A DNA stretch of 50,882 nt from Chiloscyllium plagiosum (taxonomy: Eukaryota), in contig NC_057750.1 in assembly GCF_004010195.1 (NCBI RefSeq), positions 891,115 to 941,996 of the forward strand. Direction: 5' to 3'. The notes beneath the pieces were generated by a model, which saw nothing but the letters and a program-made list of their open reading frames with translations, was not told the origin of the DNA and did no database searches. Shown here piece after piece: positions 34,670 to 46,907 of the stretch. A program made the position numbers and the translations under genes. Positions within the stretch are counted from its first letter, which is position 1; every line of letters starts with the position of its first letter.

Positions 34670-35625
34670 TTTTGATTTAATTTATTTTTGTCACATGTAC
34701 CTAGTTACAGTGAAAAGTTTTGTTTGCAGCATAGGTGGCTCACACCATACCAAGTGTATGAGGGTTATCGAACGGAGTGAGGAATACAATGTTACAGCTG
34801 CAGAGAAGGTGCACAAAGAGTGAGATCAACATTTAGATTTGTAATTAGAGAGGCCCATTCAGCAGTCTTAAAACAGCGGGGAAGAAGCTGCTTTTGAACC
34901 GGTTGGTACATGTATTTAAGCTTTTGCATCTTCTGCCCAATGGAAGAGGTTGGACAAGAGTCTAACCAGACTGGGCGGGGTCTTTGATGATGTCGGCTGC
35001 CTTCCTGAGGCAGGGAGAAGTGTAGATGGAGCCAATGGATGGGAGGCTGGTTTGTGTGATGGACTGGGCTGTATTCACAACTCTCTGCAGTTTCTTACGG
35101 TCCTGGGCAGAGCAGTTGTCATACAAAGCTGTGATGCATCAGATAAGATGCTTTCTATGGTGCATCTATAAAAATTGGTAAGAGGCCGTATGGACATGCT
35201 GAATTTCCTTAGCCTCTTGAAGAAATAGAGGTGTTGGTGCTCTCTTGACTGTAGTTTTGATGTTGGTGGTTCAGGACAGATTGTTGGTGATGGTCACCCC
35301 CAGGAACTTGTTGGTCTTGACCATCTCCACCTCAGCCCCACTGATACAGAGAGGAGCGTGCCCTCCACTCTGCTTCCTGAAGTCAATGACCAGCTCCTTC
35401 ACTTTGCTGCCGTGGAGGGACAGAGTGTTGCTTTTACACCACACTACCAAACACTCTGTCTTTTTCCTGTATTCTGTCTTGCCATTGCTTCAGATCCGAC
35501 CTACAACAGTCGTGTCATCAGCAAGCTTGTAGATGGAGTTAGGACAACTTTGGCCACATTGTCATGAGTATACGGGAAGTACAATAAAAGGCTGAGTATG
35601 CAGACTTGGTGTTGAGGATTGTCAT
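34670..35625 (-). mobile_element. Rex1/Babar-type LINE, 3' about 950 bp
   Basis: Minus strand IYKLADDTTVVGRI (RT catalytic motif) near 35490-35535; 3' part colinear with 13820-14290. Confidence 0.85.
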
Positions 35626-35954
35626 TTATTTATTTATTTATTTATGATTGGTCCCTGATTGCTCCTTGAGATGGTGGTGGTGACCTGTTTGGGGTATGGG
35701 TTACTAATGGCATGGGTGGCTTTACTCTGCATGGTGTCAGGCTTCTTGAGTGTTGTTGGACTAATTCTTCAATCCAATTTAAATGCAAGTCTCGTCTTGG
35801 GAGAGTTAGTGCAGAGGCTGTTGGGTGATCAGACAATTTAACAATGTGTAAAGCCAATATTCCAGCAACACCTGCCTTTGAGAGTGAACTGAGAGTACCC
35901 AGCAGGAAAATAGAATCTGTGCTTTTAAAATGTATCGGACAGGCATAACCATTT

Positions 35955-36105
35955 CCTTTTATTTATTCCCAGGATGAGGGCATCACTGGTTGGGCCAGCA
36001 TTTATTGCCCAGCTCTAGTTGCCCAGAGTCAACCACATTGCTGTGGATCTGGAGTCACATATAGTCCAGACCAGGTAAGGATGGCAGATTTCCATCCCTA
36101 AAGGG
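35955..36105 (-). mobile_element. Second SINE family, 3' half
   Basis: GGGCCAGCATTTATTGCCC...GAGTCAACCACATTGCTGTGG.TCTGGAGTCACAT. Confidence 0.7.
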
Positions 36106-36139
36106 CAACAGCAAACTGTTGGTGAAGGCAGGATTGATT

Positions 36140-36600
36140 GCCCCTCCTTGGGCGAGATGAGAGTGAGCTGTCTTCTTGACACACTGCAGTCCTTGGAGTG
36201 GAAGGACACGCAGAAGCCCTCAGGGAGGGGAGCCATATTGGGGATGGTACACACCGCCGTCACTGTGTGCCAGTGTTGAAGGAAGTGAATTCTGAGGAAG
36301 CAGGTTGCTTTGTCCTGGATGGTGTCGAGCTTCTTGAGTGTTGTTGGAGCTGCCCCCATCCAGGGCAAGTGGGGAGTATTTCCTCACATTCCTGATGTGT
36401 GTCTTTTCAATGTTGGGACAGGCTTTGAGGAGTCAGGAGATGTGTTACTTGCTGCTTGATTCCCAGCCTCTGACCTGTTCTTGTAGCCATTATGCTTATA
36501 TGGCTAGTCAGTTGAGTTTCTGGTCAATGGTAACCCCACAGGATGTTGATAGTGATGGATTCAGTGATGCATTCAGTAATGTCATTGAATGTCAAGTCAT
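36140..36600 (-). mobile_element. Partner LINE (CR1 clade) ORF2 3' fragment
   Basis: WMGAAPTTLKKLDTIQDKA motif. Confidence 0.7.
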
Positions 36601-36952
36601 AAACATGTTAGCTATGTCTAAATTAGTGAGATTTATAGACTACTCACTGTATGAATCTACTCAGAATCCCTTCCTCACCTCCTTTTGCAAGTAATTGTGG
36701 TTGGTCACTGCTTTCTCTTTTCCAAAAGAATCAGTAACTATAGCCAGCCATTGAGGGAAGTGCTTTGAGATAGTGGTGAACAGAGTTCAGTGTTTGCATT
36801 TGTCACCACAGCTTTGGTTTTACAGTGAGAATTATTTAAATAAATTCACTAATTAATTTGGATTAACTCAGGGTCCACTTGCCAACCAATCAGCTCTCCT
36901 GTCAGGCAGGATAAATTTTGATATTCTTGCAAACTCTCTTGATGAGTGCAAG

Positions 36953-37195
36953 GAGAACATGAGGACTGCAAATGCTGGAGATCAGAGTCAAAGAATGTGA
37001 TGCTGGAAAAGCACAGCAGGTCAGGCAGAATCTGAGGAGCAGGAGAGTCGATGTTTCGAGCATAAGCCTACCTTAAAGATGTTCTTCTCTTCTCTCTACC
37101 TGATGAAGGGCATATGCCCGAAATGTTGATTCTCCTGCTCCTCGGATGCTGCCTGAGCTGCTGCACTTTTCCAGCAATACACTCTTGACTCTGAT
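36953..37195. mobile_element. Family A fold-back PLE insert with HHR
   Basis: Arms of about 88 bp (36981-37068 versus 37108-37195); plus-strand CTGATGA (37100-37106)-A-GGGC-ATAT-GCCC-GAAA; TSD TGATGAGTGCAAG (36940-36952) / TGATGATTGCAAG (37192-37204). Confidence 0.85.
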
Positions 37196-37309
37196 GATTG
37201 CAAGACCAAAACCTTCAACAAAATGGATCCTTTCTTAGGAATAATCGAGTTCTGTACTAGAAAACGACCAATTTACCTGAAACAGGATGTCTCTGGCGTT
37301 AATTTATCA

Positions 37310-37540
37310 CAATTTGAATTTATGCAGCACCTTTGATGTTGCAAAATAGCCCAAAGTGCTTTGCAGGAACATTATCAAACAAAGTGTGACAGAGAGCCAC
37401 TTGGGGAGATTTTAGGATCGCTGATCAAATGAGGTCAGTCTTAAGAAACATCTTAAAGGTTGACAGAGCAATAGAGAGAGTGAGACACAGAGAGAGAGAG
37501 AGAGAGATGGAGAGGTTCAGGGAGAGATCTCCAGGGAAAT
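37310..37540 (-). mobile_element. L2-clade LINE 3' end relic
   Basis: Reverse of the L2 tail at about 27300-27530 (ATTTATGCAGCACCTTTGATGTTGCAAAATAGCCCAAAGTGCTTTGCAGG). Confidence 0.6.
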
Positions 37541-38114
37541 GACCAAAGACATTGCAGAGAGAGAAAGCTGAGGGACAGCTGACATTACTGAACAACAGGA
37601 GGAGTGCGAGGGTCTCGGGGCATGGCAGGAGATGACAAAGGCAGGAAGGTGAGGGGGAGAGATATGAACACAAGGATAATGCCAGTTCAAAAACTCCGTA
37701 TTAATTGACAAACTTCATGTATGAAGTGTCATTATTGAAACAGTCAGAGGAGGAGAATGACAGCGGGAAAAGGAATGATTCTACCAGAGAAATGATTAAT
37801 AATCCTGGTCCTGAAGCACATGTCATAAACTGGGTAATCTTCTATTTCTCCTTCATAGTTGAACATTCTGCTGCGGCCTCAGGACTGAGAGGCCTGGGAA
37901 TACGCCACTGTATTAATGTCAAACATGGTTTGCTTCGTGTTTCGCTGACAATCTCTGGCACCTGGAGACACCTTCCACAAAACACATGCAGAAAAAGTGT
38001 TTCGTTCCCAGCTCCCGTTTCCTGAAATTTGCAACGTCAAATGATGGTTTTTATTTTTAAAGTTAATTGCTATCTATTTAGCCTACTTTCCATCCTCTGT
38101 CATACATCTTTTCT

Positions 38115-38350
38115 CTCTCCCTCTCTCAATCTATATCTTTCTTTCTCTCTCTCTCTCTCCATTTTCTCTCTTCTGTGGTCTTCCTTTTTAAACAGCCAAA
38201 GGTGTTTGGTACCTTCACTAAAAGCCAGAAGCTCTCCCTCTCTCAATCTATATCTTTCTTTCTCTCTCTCTCTCTCTCCATTTTCTCTCTTCAGTGGTCT
38301 TCCTTTTTAAACAGCCAAAGGTGTTTGGTACCTTCACTAAAAGCCAGAAG
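38115..38350. repeat. Near-exact tandem duplication (117 + 119 bp)
   Basis: 38115-38231 versus 38232-38350; the copies differ by one CT unit and one T/A substitution. Confidence 0.9.
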
Positions 38351-38970
38351 CTGAGAACCATGGTAAAGACCGTCACATTCACAAATTGTGCCAGCACCAA
38401 AAGGACCAATTCATTCCATGCTCAGCACAACTTGCTTAAAACTGTCCAAGCAGCTGATCCTTCCAGATGTTGGATTCCAGAGGTGACAGCTGATTGCCTC
38501 TTGTCTTATTGCTTGTGTCTCTGTTATTTAATGTTCCTGTCCCCCGAAATGTCAGGTTTACCAGCTCCCAGACCTGGGTCCCCTGAGGAAAGGCCGGGAG
38601 TCAGGAATGATCAGTCGCATGTGTCTAACTCTCAGGAGATGCTCTGAAAATAAGGCCCAGTTCCAGCCCCCATTCAAACTGGTCAGCTCAGCCATTTGTC
38701 TCCTTTCACAGCAGATAAACCTTTTCCCTCTCTGTCAGCTCACAGCGAGACCCCATCCCCTATCCTTCCCCAACTGATATCAATACGGCAACGTTCAAAT
38801 TCTCAAACTGACAGAGCTGCTGAGAATTTTCTGTTTTCTTTTATTTCATATCTCCAGCATGAACAGTATTTTACTTTTGTTATAGAATCATCATCCTTCT
38901 TTCCAAATCCCTCAACATCCTCTCCCCTGCCCATCTCTGTCACCCCCTCCAGTCCCTATACTCCTCCTTT

Positions 38971-39275
38971 GGGTGGCACGGTGGCTCAGTGGTTAGCACT
39001 GCTGCCTCACAGTGCCAGATACCTGGGTTCAATTCCTGCCTCAGGCAACTGTCTGTGTGGAGTTTGCACATTCTCCCCGTGTCTGCGCGGGTTTCCTCCG
39101 GGTGCTCTGGTTTCCTCCCACAGTCTAAAAATGTGCAGGTTAGGTGAATTGGCCATGCTCAATTGCCTCTAGTATTAGGTGTAGGGGAATGGGTCTGGGT
39201 GGGTTGGTCTTCGGAGGGTTAGTGTGGACTTATTGGGCTGAAGGGCCTGTTTCCACACTGTAAGTAATCTAATCT
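38971..39275 (+). mobile_element. HE1-type SINE, full length, young
   Basis: GGCACGGTGGCTCAGTGGTTAGCAC (A box), GGTTCAATTCC (B box), tail GTAAGTAATCTAATCT. Confidence 0.95.
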
Positions 39276-39545
39276 TATCTCTTAACTCCCCTCCAGCTCC
39301 CACACCCTCTCCCCATCTATGTCACTCCCTCCAACCCCTACACCCCATCCTTGTCTCTGTCATCTCCTCCAGCCCCTACATCCCTCACTATCTCTGTACC
39401 TCTCTCCAGCTCCTACACCTCCTCCCTATCTCAGTCACCTTCTCCTTCTCCAGCCCCTACACCCCTCCCTATCTCTGTCACCTCCTCTGGTCTCTATATC
39501 TGCTCCTTATCTCTGTAACCTCCAGCAGCTCCTACATCCCTCCCT
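39276..39545 (+). repeat. Degenerate, about 35-bp minisatellite (CCCTCCCTATCTCTGTAACCTCCTCCAGCCCCTACA-like)
   Basis: Repeated TATCTCTGT.ACCTC..CCAGC.CCTACA units; translation PYLCNL/PYLSHLL matches the L2 ORF2 motif. Confidence 0.75.
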
Positions 39546-40115
39546 CTTTATCGAAGGTGCCTTCCTGATGAATTTGCAGATGCAATTTGGGACACAATGC
39601 AAGGAAAATGTGCTTGCTTCATATTTTATTCCTGTCACAATTTTTTCTGCATAAATTTTGAATGTTTACAAAATCTGCCCAATTTTGCTGGCGCAGTTTT
39701 GGAGCTATCATGCTCTTTATCTTCATTTTCTTGTCGAGGTAGTCAGAAGTAAATGATTCTCAGCTCTCTCCTAGAAAGATGAAGTAATAAAAATGTCTGC
39801 AACACTCCAGCAGTAATCAGTGTGAATCTGTGAGTTTGTTGTCTGCTGAATTTAGAGTAAAGTCTGCACTTGGGTATTCTCAATCAGTCAGGCAGCAGCT
39901 TGTCCCCTGCCTCCTGCCCACACAGAGCTTTGAGAGCTGGAAATGTCGAGTGTTTAGAAATCCCACAACCACACATTGCCTTTCACTATTTGTTGATCCT
40001 GTCAGAGCCTCCCTTTAAATGGAATTTGGAATCATTTCCATTCTCCATCTTAACAAAGCAAGGCCCGTATGAACAGTTTTGATAAATGAAGGAAATTCCT
40101 CCTCCTCTCAACCAT

Positions 40116-41240
40116 TGTAATCCTTCACCATTGTCTCTCAAACCGATTTGAGAGATATCTGGCTGGACAAAATGGGAGGAATAATTTGGAGTTTGAACTA
40201 GTGGTATGTGACCTTCGTGTGTATGGAGGGGCACCAATAAAATGACCAATACTTCAGGAGCCATGATTTCTTTTTCAAACCATTTCAGGAAAGACAGTTC
40301 CAGGAGTGACAGTGGAAATTTGTTTGAGTTGTGACTGTTTTATCTGTGGAATGAGTAAACATTGAAAAGAATTAGTTTGCTTCCTGTTTAGAAAAATCAG
40401 GATTTTTTTTGCTGAGGGGCAAATCCACAGTTTGGAAGTTCTCGCTTTCAGTTCTCTGAAGTTCATTTGAAGTTACGTATAAAAGCGATTTTGTCTGAAG
40501 GAGTTAGTTGGAAATAGGTTACTTCAGAGTAAAGAGTTTAGTTGAAATTTTTTAGACCAGAAGTGTTTGCTAAGAAACCTGAAGGGGTTGAGAAAGTCTC
40601 AGCTTAGTTGTGTGAATACTCAAGGAAGAGGCTATCAAATTCTCAAAACCAGGAATTAAAACATAGTACAGTACAACACAGGAAATGGCCCTTCAGCCCA
40701 CAATGTTATGCCAAACATGACGCCAAATGAAATGAACATCTTCTTGGTCCATATCTCTCCATTTCTTGCATATTTATGGCAGCAAGTTCCAGACTCTTAT
40801 GATCGACTGTGTAAAACACTTGCCCCTCACATCTCCTTTGAACTTTCCCCCTCTCCCCCTCTCCCACCTTTAAGCATGCTCCCCAGAATTGGAAGGAATA
40901 ATTAAATCATACTTGTAGATGTGATGGAGATGGGAACTGTCTCCAATGCTTGAGTACTGGAAAATGATGGGATTGGGAAACGTGGGATTGTATTTTTCCC
41001 ATGTGTTTCAGACTTTTCCAGGTATTGTACCATATGAAAATATCTTGATTTATTCTGTTTTATTTTCATTTATTTTACATAATAAACTCCTATTTTATTG
41101 TTAAAACTGAATCTGCAGACATGTGTTTCATTGAAAGGCCACTTTGTTAAAACCAAAACCAAGCAAAAGATGATCTATCAAGCCAGATATCAGTCTGGGA
41201 TCCAACTTGTCCAGTAATAATATCATGCTGGGATCATAAC
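40116..41240 (+). mobile_element. Probable solo LTR interrupted by a CR1 fragment
   Basis: Begins TGTAA, has AATAAA near 41081 and ends GGGATCATAAC; TSD not clear. Confidence 0.45.
40660..40880 (-). mobile_element. CR1 3' fragment nested in the LTR
   Basis: Tail ACATAG.ACAGTACAACACAGGAA..GGCCCTTCAGCCCACAATGTT.TGCC. Confidence 0.7.
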
Positions 41241-41971
41241 GTACATGCGGGACTTGGATACTCTGTCCTGGGGAATAGAAAGCCATTCAGCCCCTCAAGT
41301 CTGTTGAGACCTAGAAATAGGAATGTGAAGAAACCAACAATGGGATTCAGGAAAAACGTGTGAGGAATGGTGACCTCATGGGCTATATTCTCTTTAGTCT
41401 CCAGAAGTCGTCAGACACATTTCAGGTAAGCCCAGGCCTACCAGGAAATCTGGAGTTAACCACTGCACCCCATCCCTTTCCCAAACTCTATCCTTACTTG
41501 TAATCAATTAGTTCTCCATCTATTTCCAGTTCTGATGAAGGTTTCTCAATCTGAAGTGTTAACGTTTCATTTATAACATGTGTCCAGTTATTAGCAAGTT
41601 GACACCAGCCTGAGCAATGCATCTTATGGGAATCTTCGTTCAGCTTTCTCACTCAACATTCGGCAACAGGTGTGCCTGGGAAATATTAAAATACTAAAGG
41701 GTCATTTCATGTTGAATGCTGTGATGAAGATTCCGACCTCTGCAGGGAGATATTCAGGAAACAGTGACCCTGAAAATCTGTTGGAGATGGGAGCTGTGCT
41801 GTTTAAGGACAGGGTTTGATGTAAAATTCAGTTCCCACTCTGTTCCCGTGGGGGCTTGCACTGAGATAGAGCCTGCATCCTTCAATTCCATGTCAAATCT
41901 GACTGTCACCATTGGTTCTGCTAGCTCTCTATCCGCTGTCTCCCCAATTCAGGGCCTGCAACAACTTCGTG

Positions 41972-42447
41972 GAGTCATAGAGATGTACAGCACGGAAACA
42001 GACCCTTCGGTCCAATTCATCCGTGCTGACCAGATATCCTAAATTAATCTAGTCCCATTTGCCAGCACTTGGCCCATATCTTTCTGAACCCTTCCTATTC
42101 ATATACCCTTCCAGATGCCTTTTAAATGTTATCATTGTACCAGCCTCCACCACTTCCTCTGGCAGCTCATTCCATACACGTACCACCGTCTGGGGGAAAA
42201 TGTTGCCCCTCAGGTCCCTTTTATATCTTTCCCCTCTCACCTTAAACCTATGCCCTCTAGCTCTGGACTCCCCCACCCCAGAGAAAAGGCCTTGTCTATT
42301 TATCCTATCCACACCCCTCATGATTTTATAAACATCTATAAGGTCACCCCTCAGTCTCCGATGCTCCAGGGAAAACAGCTCCAGTCTATTCAGCCTCTCC
42401 CTGTAGCTCAAATCCTCCAACCCTGGCAACATCCTTGTAAATCTTTT
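41972..42447 (-). mobile_element. CR1/HER1-type LINE 3' end, young
   Basis: Open 127-aa ORF2 C-terminus MLPGLEDLSYRERLNRL...WNELPEEVVEAG. Confidence 0.95.
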
Positions 42448-43069
42448 CTTCCACCCTTTAAGACTGAGATGAGGCGGAATTTTTTTCTCTCAAAGGACCT
42501 GAACCAAACTCTAGCCAGTTGGAGTGAAGCCTTTTGACAGTCCTCAAACCCTCAGTGGGATTTGGAATCAGAAAGGAAAAAATTCATCTTCTTCTGGCTA
42601 TTCTGAGCCATTCCTTAAGACCCCAACTATGATGGATCCTGACTGGCTTTCACTTTGGACTCTCACTGCTATTTACCTTTACATGTGGTCTACTCAATAT
42701 CAACCTATGCCTGGCCTCTGCACCTATGGGAGGATCAGTAGTTCTCGGGGCTATTAAAACTGTTTCACAGGAGAACCAGCTGATCAGTAGCTCATCACCT
42801 ACTTGTTGGCATCATTAGGGATGAACATATGAGGCATTCACAGCTAAATAGTCAAAGTACAGTATGGTGCATTTGACAACAAGAAAGACTATCTATAATG
42901 AAAGAACGTTGCGTTTGTTTCAACTCTTTATCATATCTCTCAGAAACATCTCAAATTGTTTCACACAAAACTAATCATTTTAGAATGGATTCTTGACTGT
43001 TCTGACAGTGTGATCTACACAGGATCTCTGCGATCTCAGGGCTCGGCAATGCTGCTGCGTGTGCTAGAT

Positions 43070-43385
43070 TGGGTCTATCTTAGAAGACATAGTCTCAGAA
43101 CAAAGGTGCGCCAATTTCAGACGGAGATGGGGAGGAATTTCTTCCCTCAGAGGGTTGTGAGTCTTTGGAACTCCTTGCCCCAGAGAGCTGTGGGGGACAG
43201 AGACCGTGTGTATATTTGAGCCTGAGATCGATGGATTGATGATCAGTCAGGAAATCAAGGGATACAGGGAAAAGGCAGGAAAATGGACGTGAGGAATGCT
43301 GGATCAGCCATGATTCTATGAATTGGAGGATTAGGCTCAAGGAACTGACTGGCCTCCTCCTCTTCCTATTTCGTATGGTCTTAGG
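43070..43385 (+). mobile_element. CR1 3' end
   Basis: FQTEMGRNFFPQRVVSLWNSLPQRAV; tail CCTATTTCGTATGGTCTTA. Confidence 0.85.
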
Positions 43386-43574
43386 ATGAGGCAGAGGATG
43401 GAGTAATCAGGTCCAAGGCAGCTATCACTCAGTTCAGGGAAGTGTAAACAATCATGTGACACTATTTAGAGAACAGGTAATTCTTTTATCTGTCTATCTC
43501 TTCCCTCCTAATCGCCATGACGATTAGCTGACAGTTTTGACTGTCATGTGGAAAAATCACATCCAAAGCTGCAG

Positions 43575-43721
43575 ATCATAGAATCCCTACATTCGGCCCA
43601 TCAAGTCCACAGTTCAAGTCTAAAGAGCATCCTAAGCAGACCCACACCTCTAGCCTATCCCTATAACCCTGTGTTTCTCATGGCTAACCCACCTAGCCTG
43701 GACATCACTGGCCACTCTGGG
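43575..43721 (-). mobile_element. HE1-type SINE, 3' half (split element)
   Basis: Tail ATCATAGAATCCCTACA; continues at 44686. Confidence 0.8.
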
Positions 43722-44689
43722 CTCATTCATAAAGTCGGGAAGTATGGGATACAGGGAGATTTGGCTATCTGGATTCAGAATTAGCTGGCTGACAGAAGGC
43801 AGAGAGTGGTTATAGATGGAAAATATTCTGCCTGGAGGTCAGTGTTGAGTGGGGTCCTGCAGGGCTCTGTTCTTGGGCCTCTGCTCTTTGTAGTTTTTAT
43901 AAATGACTTGGATGAGGAGATTGAGGGGTGGGTTAGTAAATTTGCAGATGACACAAAGGTTGGAGGTGCCGTTGATAGTATAGAAGGCTACTGCAGGCTG
44001 CAGCATGACATAGAGCAGGATGAGAAATGGCAGATGGAGTTCAACCTGGATAAATGCAAAGTGATGCATTTTGGAAGGTCAAACTCAAATGCTGAATATA
44101 GGATTAAAGATAGGATTCTTGGCAGTGTGGAGGAACAGAGGGATCTGGGTGTGCAAGTGCATAGATCCCTCAAAGTTGCCACCCAAGTGGATAGGGTTGT
44201 TAAGAAAGCATATGGTATTTTGGCTTTCATTAACAGGGGGATCGAGTTTAAGAGCCATGAGGTTTTGTTGCAGCTTTACAGGTCCCTGGTGAGACTCCAC
44301 TTGGAATATTGTGTCCAGTTCTGTTCGTCCTACTATAGGAAAGATACAGAGGCTTTGGAGAGAGTGCAAAAAAAGGTTTATCAGGATGCTGCCGGGACTG
44401 GAGGGCTTGGCTTATGAAGAAAGGTTGAATAAACTCAGACTTTTCTCTCTGGAGAGAAGGAGGAAGAGAGGAGACCTGATCGAGGGGTGGAATAGATAGA
44501 ATCAATAGCCAGAGACTTTTCCCAGTATTGACTGGTACAAGGAATCATAGTTTGAAGATATTAGGAGGAAGGTATAAAGGAGACATCAGAGGTAGGTTCT
44601 TTACATAGAGAGTAGTGAATGCATGGGATGTGTTGCCAGCAGCGGTGGTGGAAGCAGAGTCATTAAGGACATTTAAGCAACTGCTGGAC
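43722..44689 (+). mobile_element. CR1 RT fragment lacking both 5' end and 3' tail, lying inside an HE1 SINE
   Basis: ORF 43806-44417 has QGSVLGPLLF, KFADDTK and LEYCVQF; stops at TFKQLLD before the 3' UTR. Confidence 0.9.
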
Positions 44690-44874
44690 AATTTGGCATG
44701 GCTAATCCACCCTAACCTGCATATCTTTGGACTGTGGGAGGAAACTGGAGCACCGAGGGAAAACCCACACAGACAGGGGGAGAATATGCAAACTCCACAC
44801 AGACAGTCACCCGAGGGTGGGATCAAACCCAGATCCCTGGTGCTGTGAGGCAGCAGTGCTAACTATCATGCCAC
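44686..44874 (-). mobile_element. HE1-type SINE, 5' half (split element)
   Basis: GGACAATTTGGCATGGCTAATCCACCCTAACCTGC...GCTGTGAGGCAGCAGTGCTAAC. Confidence 0.85.
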
Positions 44875-45164
44875 GCTGATCAGCTCTAGTTGAAGATAGA
44901 GTGTGTTATTCCTGTCACTGTGACAATACTGGCAATCCCTAACAGTGAGGATCCAATTGACACAAAGGTTCCCCTGTGCTTCTTTCTCAAACAATCCAAA
45001 AAAACTAATGTGTGCTCTCTTGAATAATTCAATCCAAATGGTCATTATCTTCCACCAAGCCCTTATTCTGCTGGTCATTATACAGTCTGAGCTCAACAAT
45101 GCAATTGGCCTGTTAATATTTTTATTTCTCTCATAGATTCCTGAGCACCTTTTAAGGCACCTTA

Positions 45165-46873
45165 TTTAAGTTTGAAGAGGTAAGGATCATACAGGCTCTA
45201 GAGGGTTACAAGGTAGCCAGGAAGGAACTGAAGAATGGACTTAGGAGAGCTAGAAGGGGGCATGAGAAAGCTTTAGCATATAGGATTAAGGAAAACCCTA
45301 AGGCATTCTACACTTATGTGAGGAACAAGGGGATGGCCAGAGTGAGGGTAGAGTTGATCAGGGATAGTGGAGGGAACTTGTGCCTGGAGTTGGAGCAGGT
45401 AGGAGAGGTCCTTAATGAATACTTTGCTTCAGTATTCACCACTGAGAGGGACCTTGACGTTTGTGAGGACAACGTGAAGCAGGCTAATGGGATATATCCA
45501 TGGTTACTACAGGAAGCAAGAGAAGAGATTGCTGCACTTTTGGTGATGATCTTTGCATCCTCACTGTCCTCTGGAGTAGTGCCAGATGATTGTAGAGTGA
45601 CAAATGTTATTCCCTTGTTTAAGAAAGGAAATAGGGATAATCCTGGGAATTACAGATCAGTCAGTCTTACCTCTATGGTGGGCAAATTATTTGAGAGGAT
45701 TCTGAGAGACAGGATTTATGATTATTTGGAAAAGCATAGTTTGATTGGATAGTCAGCATGGCTTTATGAGGGGCAGGTCATGCCTCACAAACCTTATTGA
45801 ATTCTTTGAGGATTCAGACAGTAAGGAGGCACAGGATACATGGATATCTGGCTGTCTGGATACATAATTGGCTGGCCCATAGAAGGTGGTGGTAGATGGA
45901 AAGTATTCAGCCTGGAGCTCAGTGACCAGTGGTGTTCTGCAGGGAACGGTTCTGGGATCTCTGCTCTTTATGATTTTTATAAATGACTTGGATGAGGAAG
46001 TGGAAGGCTGGGTTAGTAAGTTTGCCAATGACATGAGGGTTGGTGGAGTTGTGGATAGTGTGGAGGGCTGTTGTCGGTTGCAGAGCTGGGCTGAGAAGTG
46101 GCAGATGGAGTTCAACCTGGAAAAATGTGAAGTGATTCGCTTTAGAAGGTCGAATTTGAGTGCAGAATACAAAGTTAAAGGCAGGATTCTTGGCAGTGTG
46201 GAGGAACAGAGGGATCTTGGGGTCCATGTCCACAGATCCCTCAAAGTTGCCACCCAGGTTGATAGGGTTGTTAAGAAGGCGTATGGTGTGTTGGCTTTCA
46301 TCAGCAGGGATATTGAGTTTAAGAGCCACAACGTTATGCTACAGCTCTATTCAGCCCTGGATACACCACACTTGGAATATTGTGTTCAGGTCTGGTCACC
46401 TCATTATAGGAAGGATATGGAATCTTTAGACAGGGTGCAGAGGAGATTTACCAGGATGCTACCTGGACTGGAGGGCATGTCTTATGAAGAAAGGTTGAGG
46501 GAGCTAGGGCTTTTATCATTGGACTGAAGAAGGATGAGCGATGACTTGATAGAGGTGTACAAGATGATGAGAGGCATAGACTTTTTCCCAGGGCAGAAAT
46601 GTCTATCATTGGGGGCCATAATTGTCAGGTGATTGGAGGAAGGTTTAGGGGAGATGTCAGAGGGAGGTGCTTTACACAGAGAGTGGGGGGTGTGTGGAAT
46701 GTCCTGCCAGCGGTGGCAGTAGAGTCAGAGACATGAGGGACATTTAAGCGACTCTTGGATAGTCACATGACAGATAGTACAATGAAGGATATTTAGGTTA
46801 ATCTGATCTTAGAGTAGGATAAAAGGTCGGCACAATATCGAGGGCACTGTGGTGTATTGTTCTATGTTCGATG
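45165..46873 (+). mobile_element. CR1/HER1-type LINE, about 1.7 kb, internally deleted, with 3' tail
   Basis: KENPKAFYTYV, NPGNYRSVSLTS, QHGFMRGRSCLTNL, SKFAND and LEYCVQVWSP; tail TGTTCTATGTTC. Confidence 0.95.
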
Positions 46874-46907
46874 ATTTGATCAGGACGTGACCAATCACAG
46901 ATATTTT

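Noticed and set aside
38971..39045. tRNA gene
   Set aside because: The A/B boxes continue into an HE1 SINE body and tail; the same holds for all similar heads in the window.
43806..46527. Functional reverse transcriptase genes (203- and 213-aa ORFs)
   Set aside because: Truncated, frameshifted or internally deleted CR1 ORF2 pieces; one has FADD mutated to FAND.
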